From Candidatus Thorarchaeota archaeon (GTDB lineage: Archaea > Asgardarchaeota > Thorarchaeia > Thorarchaeales > Thorarchaeaceae), in assembly GCA_003345555.1 (NCBI GenBank), contig PRDJ01000042.1, positions 12,282 through 76,281 on the forward strand: a stretch of DNA of 64,000 nt, read 5' to 3'. Position numbers and translations under genes: made by a program. The notes under the pieces were generated by a model that was not told where the DNA came from, did not search any database, and was given only the letters and a program-made list of their open reading frames with translations. How positions within the stretch are numbered: position 1 is the first letter of the stretch; each line of letters opens with the position of its first letter. Shown piece by piece: positions 59,270 through 64,000 of the stretch.

Positions 59270-59785
59270 TCAATCATGAGTAGGACCGTCAGGGGGCGGA
59301 ATCCGGGTAGAATGGATATCATCCACTCCGTGGTCCTCTGCCCCCATTGTTCGAACACGGCCCACCATTTGCAGTAGCTTTCGAGTTGGTTCCAGCCAGT
59401 CCGGGTTTATCCTCCAATCTGCCCAGTCTAGTCCTGATGATAGAGAGGCCCTACTGAGAATGAGCCTCGACGATACGAGTTCGTTCATTCCTTCCAGTAT
59501 GGTGCCAATCGTCACAGCTCCTATGATGGATCTTACCTGCCGCGCAACTCTGAGCAGGTCACCGGTAGTAACCCATCCGCCGTCTTCTATCAAGACTCTG
59601 AGTATTCTGGAGCGTACAGCGTCGGACTCAATAGTCCTCTTCAGTGGTGCCAGATTAATGGGCGGCGTGGGTCTGCTTGGCTCACGCGTATCCCACGAAG
59701 CGGAATCCGGATCACCGACGAAGGGACTGAAGTCCATGTTCTGCCAACACCAGGACTGTTGACTGCCCGGGAGGATTTGAAACAC
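59270..59785 (-). CDS. hypothetical winged-helix protein
   Basis: 171-aa ORF. Confidence 0.3.
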   Translation of the reverse strand: MFQILPGSQQSWCWQNMDFSPFVGDPDSASWDTREPSRPTPPINLAPLKRTIESDAVRSRILRVLIEDGGWVTTGDLLRVARQVRSIIGAVTIGTILEGMNELVSSRLILSRASLSSGLDWADWRINPDWLEPTRKLLQMVGRVRTMGAEDHGVDDIHSTRIPPPDGPTHD

Positions 59786-59807
59786 AGTATTATGAGACGC
59801 TCATCGA

Positions 59808-60254
59808 GTGTGCATAGTTATTGCACAACCCTTATTTTTCACTGAACTTCAGTACATCCAAATGAAGACCAGAGATCCATTGGAAGGCCTTTTCACAAGA
59901 AGCCTCCAAAAGCCCTCAGACCTATTGTGCTGTGCGTTTGGACTGCATGATAGCGAGATTGACGCATACTTCTGTCTCCTCACTGAACCCCAGACTGTTG
60001 AATCGATATCCTCTGCAATCGTGCGTGACCGCAGCACTACTCAGCGAATTCTCAACAAGCTCCGAACAAAGGGTCTAGTGGAACGTGAGGCAAGGCCGAT
60101 TGAGAAGGGCGGATACTACTACATGTACAGAGCTATCTCAACGGAGACAGTGAGGAAGCAAATGCTCGCTCAGCTTGACAAATGGTACAATGAAACCAGA
60201 AGATTCTTGTCGTCGGGCTGGCCGCAAAAGCCCGAGCGGATGTCAGTCTCTTGA
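59808..60254 (+). CDS. MarR/TrmB-like winged-helix transcriptional regulator
   Basis: HTH-plus-wing pattern SSAIVRDRSTTQRILNKLRTKGLVER. Confidence 0.5.
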   Translation: MCIVIAQPLFFTELQYIQMKTRDPLEGLFTRSLQKPSDLLCCAFGLHDSEIDAYFCLLTEPQTVESISSAIVRDRSTTQRILNKLRTKGLVEREARPIEKGGYYYMYRAISTETVRKQMLAQLDKWYNETRRFLSSGWPQKPERMSVS

Positions 60255-60264
60255 GGCAACGTAA

Positions 60265-60840
60265 ATGCTGTCAATGCCGATTCGGACGAACACCATCACC
60301 GTCACGTGCATGGCAATGATTGCGGCCCTGGGAATTGCTGCACGTTTCCTAATCCGTATTCCGCTTGTGCCCAATCTAGTCGAACTCACACCTGGTTTTC
60401 TCTTCTCTGAGCTGAGTGGTGTCGTAGGTGGCCTTGCGGGCGGAATGCTAGTAGGAGCCGCTATTGGCGTAGGCGGAGCGATAGCTGGAGGTGAATTCCC
60501 GCTTATGCCCATGATTGGCAACATCTTCCTGGGCGTCGGAACTGGTTATGCGATTCATTTCACAAAAGACCGAGACAGTCTCAGGTACGCGCTGATGGTC
60601 GTATTGGGCGGCGGCTTAATTGGCGGCTTCGTGCCTGACATGACAGTGTTTCTTCCACTCACCGAATCGTTCCAAGCCGCTTTCCTGGCAGCGTTGGCGG
60701 ACACTATTCAAGGGCTGTTCTGGGCACCAGTTGCCCTGTTCGTGGAGAGGGCCGTTATCAGGCCCCTGCTCGGGCACTATCTGTATGCTTATCCCCAGCA
60801 ATTGACATTGGAAAGAACGGAACGTGACGAGAATGTCTAA
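60265..60840 (+). CDS. glycine-rich polytopic membrane protein
   Basis: 191 aa; overlaps the hypB start by 17 nt. Confidence 0.4.
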   Translation: MLSMPIRTNTITVTCMAMIAALGIAARFLIRIPLVPNLVELTPGFLFSELSGVVGGLAGGMLVGAAIGVGGAIAGGEFPLMPMIGNIFLGVGTGYAIHFTKDRDSLRYALMVVLGGGLIGGFVPDMTVFLPLTESFQAAFLAALADTIQGLFWAPVALFVERAVIRPLLGHYLYAYPQQLTLERTERDENV

Positions 60841-61483
60841 CAAGACCGTATCAATCGACGTGCAAAAGGACCTGTTTGGTGCGAACAAGGGTGCTGCTAT
60901 TTCCAATGCTGACGAATTCAAGAAGCACGGGATTCACGCTTTCGATGTCATGGGTTCCGTAGGTAGCGGGAAGACGTTGTTCATTGAAGCATTATGCGAA
61001 AAGATGTCAGGACGCTACAAGATTCTCATGGTCGCAGGTGACTTGGCTACTAGGATTGATGCCGATAGGGTTGCCTCTCACGGCATAGACACGGTGCAAA
61101 TCAACACTGGCAATGCCTGTCATCTTGATGCAAGAATGGTCCGTTTCGCCCTGAAGGATGTTGACCTATCGAAGTACGAGCTCGTCTTCATTGAAAATGT
61201 TGGCAATCTGATTTGCCCTGCAGGTTACTCTCTTGGAGTCGAGAAGCGAATAGTCCTCCTTGGAATCACCGAGGGCCCGTATATGGTTCGAAAGCACCCT
61301 CTCACAATCAAGAGGGCGGATATTATCGTGATAAACAAGATAGACCTTGCCGAAGTGCTCGACTTTGACGTTGAGGCACTGGTTAGCGATGTTCGTGAAG
61401 TAGACTCAGATCTCCCGGTTTTCTTAGTGAGCTCAAAGACTGGCCAAGGTATTGACGAGGTCGTGCATGGTCTCGGTCTCTAG
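60824..61483 (+). CDS. hypB: hydrogenase nickel-insertion GTPase HypB
   Basis: GSVGSGKT, NACHLDARMV metal site, ENVGNLICPA, INKIDL. Confidence 0.75.
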   Translation: MTRMSNKTVSIDVQKDLFGANKGAAISNADEFKKHGIHAFDVMGSVGSGKTLFIEALCEKMSGRYKILMVAGDLATRIDADRVASHGIDTVQINTGNACHLDARMVRFALKDVDLSKYELVFIENVGNLICPAGYSLGVEKRIVLLGITEGPYMVRKHPLTIKRADIIVINKIDLAEVLDFDVEALVSDVREVDSDLPVFLVSSKTGQGIDEVVHGLGL

Positions 61484-62166
61484 GAACCCGCCTGAGACTC
61501 TAGCAACTTTGACAGGGCGTTTTGCACTCCTTCAATGTGCCCAGCACCCAGCACGGCGACGATCTTGCCCTTCACGTCGTTGAGTATCGTGCAAAGAGCA
61601 TTTGCCACGTATTTGTCTCTCTCGTCAATCAATGCATTGCTCAGATGAGGGAACTCAGACCTAAACTCCTCCATTACCGCAGTCACCGCGCCCTCTTCCT
61701 TGAGCGTCGTCATCAAATCCTGAGCGTCACCATGTTGTATGTCGTCCGAAGCCCCCGGAATCATATTGAACATCCTATAGACCTCGTCCAGAGGAACGGA
61801 CATGATGGCCTGTGCTGTTGCTTGGATCGGTCTGTCTACAAGGGCTATCTTCGAACCGAGCTTCCTGCCTTCCTCGATTGCAGCCAGCATCTCCGCTCCA
61901 ACATCGGAACCTGTTACATTTCCGAGTTTCTTTTCTAGTAGCGCAATCTGCTGGAACAAATCCTGAACAACTTCGCCCGTTGGAACTTGAGCCGTCATTT
62001 CCTGCTCTGTCGGGGGGTGCAGGAGCTGCTGGTACCTATCACGGTCTAATTCGACGGCAACGACTTCTGGCTTTGTTTCTTTCACCGCTTTCCTGACATG
62101 CTTCACGCTGTCTATATCAGTATGAATGACACCAACGAACAATACTCTGTCAGGGATTGCCTTCAA
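61480..62166 (-). CDS. TraB/GumN family protein
   Basis: N-terminus VGVIHTDIDSVKHVRKAVKETKPEVVAVELDRDRY resembles the TraB family N-terminus. Confidence 0.45.
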   Translation of the reverse strand: MKAIPDRVLFVGVIHTDIDSVKHVRKAVKETKPEVVAVELDRDRYQQLLHPPTEQEMTAQVPTGEVVQDLFQQIALLEKKLGNVTGSDVGAEMLAAIEEGRKLGSKIALVDRPIQATAQAIMSVPLDEVYRMFNMIPGASDDIQHGDAQDLMTTLKEEGAVTAVMEEFRSEFPHLSNALIDERDKYVANALCTILNDVKGKIVAVLGAGHIEGVQNALSKLLESQAGS

Positions 62167-62379
62167 TTTCAGAACCTGCGCTAGTATCTGCGAATCCTAC
62201 CTTTTATGTTTCGTTTCAGATACATACTCAACTCGTGAACTGCTTGCACCAAGGCGATCGGTCTTGAATGGCCTGAACTACATGTCATCAGATCTGAGCA
62301 GAAAATCCGACAATCTCTCCATTGCTCTCTTGGCAACGCGTTTCCGCAATCGATATAGAAGTCTGTTTCAAATCACCCG

Positions 62380-62793
62380 TTAAGGGTGGGGAACAAAAAT
62401 GATCTCGATTGTGCCTGATGTCATTCTTACTTCCATATTGCACGTCTCCGCGCTGATGGGCGCCCCGACAATGACAATGTTGTGAGCATAGGAGCTCGTC
62501 CAGACAATCGGCTCCTGAGTGCTCTTTTGGAACGATACTGCAAGGGTATTCCCTGTTGCAGTCACGGTAACACCGTTCGGGACGTATACATTAGATATGA
62601 CGTTCGCAACAACCCCTAGATCAACCCGGTCAGTCGCATTCTGCACTTCTTGCGCAAACGTTCTGGCGAGTTCAAATTCGGATGCCGCATTCACAGTGTC
62701 GATGGCGTACAGAAGAACCGGCACGCCCACTATGACGGCAGTGGTCAAACCGACTGCAACAAGCATCATCTTCTCCAGCGAACGTGATACCAT
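62380..62793 (-). CDS. small secreted or membrane-anchored hypothetical protein
   Basis: N-terminal hydrophobic helix, then a beta-rich region. Confidence 0.3.
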   Translation of the reverse strand: MVSRSLEKMMLVAVGLTTAVIVGVPVLLYAIDTVNAASEFELARTFAQEVQNATDRVDLGVVANVISNVYVPNGVTVTATGNTLAVSFQKSTQEPIVWTSSYAHNIVIVGAPISAETCNMEVRMTSGTIEIIFVPHP

Positions 62794-62919
62794 GGCTTTC
62801 TATCAGCCAGTTCCCCCAATAAAGCAACCCCGAACTTGCTCTTGCACCTGCTAGGGACGTTCCAAGCAGCTGAACGGTCCCTCGGTGAAGGTTTTAACGC
62901 GCTGAGGTTGGAGCATACA

Positions 62920-64000
62920 ATGAGCCTGAGAATGGAAAGCCTTGTCCCGATTCACGTTGGTCTGGTTGGTCACATTGACCATGGCAAGACGCAGCTAGCA
63001 AGGGCCCTCAGCCAGAAGGTGTCCACTGCCGGACTTGACAAGCATCCACAATCTCGGGAACGGGGTATAACCATAGATTTGGGCTTCACTATGTTTGTGC
63101 TCGGTAAGTATCTCGTGACGCTTGTGGACTCGCCGGGTCATGCAGACCTTTTCCGCAGTGTAGTTGCTGGGGCCGGGATTATCGATGCCGCCTTAGTAGC
63201 TGTTGCAGCCGACGAGGGTCCCAAGGTGCAGACCGGGGAGCACCTCTTGTTGCTTGAGTCAATGGGCGTTGATACGATTATAGTGGTAATCACGAAAACG
63301 GACATAGCCGACGAGAACCAGCAGACTCTGGTAGAGGACCGCATGAAGTCGATTGTAGGCGGAATGTCCTTTACAAAAACCGAGTTCGTCAGGGTCTCTG
63401 CACTTACCGGTCGCGGTATCGACACGCTTCGTGATGTAATGCTGCGCACGATTGTTCCGAAGGTGAGACAGAAAGAAGGATCTTTCCTTATGCCAATCGA
63501 TCACGCCTTTTCAGTGAAAGGCCATGGCACTGTTGTCACCGGCACGATCTTGAGGGGTCAACTCCAGACGGACGATATCCTTGAGCTATTACCTCAGGGC
63601 ATGAAGGGGAAAGTCAGGTCGATCCAGACCTTCAGTGAGCCGCGGAGTCGAGCGAGCGCGGGCGACAGAGTCGGAATCAATCTCCCAGACCTATCCGACC
63701 GAGTAGTCAGCCGAGGTGACTACGTCTGCGAGCCTGGATCACTCAAGACGACCACTGGTCTCATTCTGGCGTTTCGAGCTAATCCACTATATCGTGGCCG
63801 TCTGGTCAAGAGAATGATTGTCAGTGCAACTGTGGGTATGCCCACTGTCACGGCCGAAATCATGCCATTTGAAATAGAGAACGGTGAGAAAGTAATAGTC
63901 GACGAGGCTGATAGCAACGAATCGAACATTGCACTGCTACTCCAGAAGGAGATTGCCGCCGAGGTTGGCATGAGGGTGGTTCTGATGCGGACTGATCTGT
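62920..64000 (+). CDS. SelB/EF-Tu-family translational GTPase, partial (C-terminus beyond the window), possibly a selenocysteine-specific elongation factor
   Basis: G1 GHIDHGKT, G3 DSPGH, G4 TKTD, then beta-barrel domain II; start ATG 62920 found manually. Confidence 0.5.
   Translation, partial: MSLRMESLVPIHVGLVGHIDHGKTQLARALSQKVSTAGLDKHPQSRERGITIDLGFTMFVLGKYLVTLVDSPGHADLFRSVVAGAGIIDAALVAVAADEGPKVQTGEHLLLLESMGVDTIIVVITKTDIADENQQTLVEDRMKSIVGGMSFTKTEFVRVSALTGRGIDTLRDVMLRTIVPKVRQKEGSFLMPIDHAFSVKGHGTVVTGTILRGQLQTDDILELLPQGMKGKVRSIQTFSEPRSRASAGDRVGINLPDLSDRVVSRGDYVCEPGSLKTTTGLILAFRANPLYRGRLVKRMIVSATVGMPTVTAEIMPFEIENGEKVIVDEADSNESNIALLLQKEIAAEVGMRVVLMRTDL

Noticed and set aside
1-64000. CRISPR arrays, rRNA genes, transposases, integrases
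   Set aside because: No regularly spaced short repeats, no rRNA-like conserved stretches, and no DDE or tyrosine recombinase motifs were seen.

Overview
Archaeal chromosomal segment, about 50% GC. Archaeal-type TFB, family B DNA polymerase, a tRNA with a non-canonical intron, the DGGGP synthase gene and the nurA-herA-mre11-rad50 operon mark it as archaeal; several eukaryote-like proteins suggest an Asgard-type archaeon (inference only). Gene order, 5' to 3': two nearly identical tandem tRNA-Arg genes (CCG; GCG with a 30-nt T-loop intron), an M24 peptidase, a gamma-CA-like protein, and two thioredoxin paralogs flanking membrane proteins. Next comes a tight operon of a DUF1998 (MrfA/YprA-like) DExH helicase, an ArcS-like TGT-fold/PUA protein and an atypical radical-SAM (RaSEA-like) protein. 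After that, an MBL hydrolase with a repeat protein, and a stand-alone MtrH-like methyltransferase with a RACo activator and a corrinoid protein. The nurA-herA-mre11-rad50 DSB-repair operon follows, then two tandem paralogous PIG-M/DUF2029-like GT-C membrane glycosyltransferases, HIT and DUF296 proteins, PolB with an acidic N-terminal extension, a class III aminotransferase, an orphan DNA amino-methyltransferase and AspRS. An ESCRT cluster comes next (Vps22-like, Vps25-like, Vps4, ESCRT-III, and a B-box/GLUE-like protein). The remaining genes are TldD/PmbA, ArgRS, TFB, a longin-like protein, GNAT, a THUMP-type N2-G methyltransferase, endonuclease IV, a UbiA/DGGGPS prenyltransferase, a Yip1-like membrane protein, HypB, a TraB-family protein and a 5'-partial SelB-like GTPase. 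No CRISPR array, rRNA, transposase or integrase is visible. The most unusual candidate system is the helicase(DUF1998)-ArcS-like-radical SAM operon. Other points of note are the intron-containing tRNA duplicate, a tRNA 3'-end fragment 50 kb away, a 30-nt direct-repeat pair flanking an AT-rich insert, and the ESCRT-associated B-box/GLUE protein.
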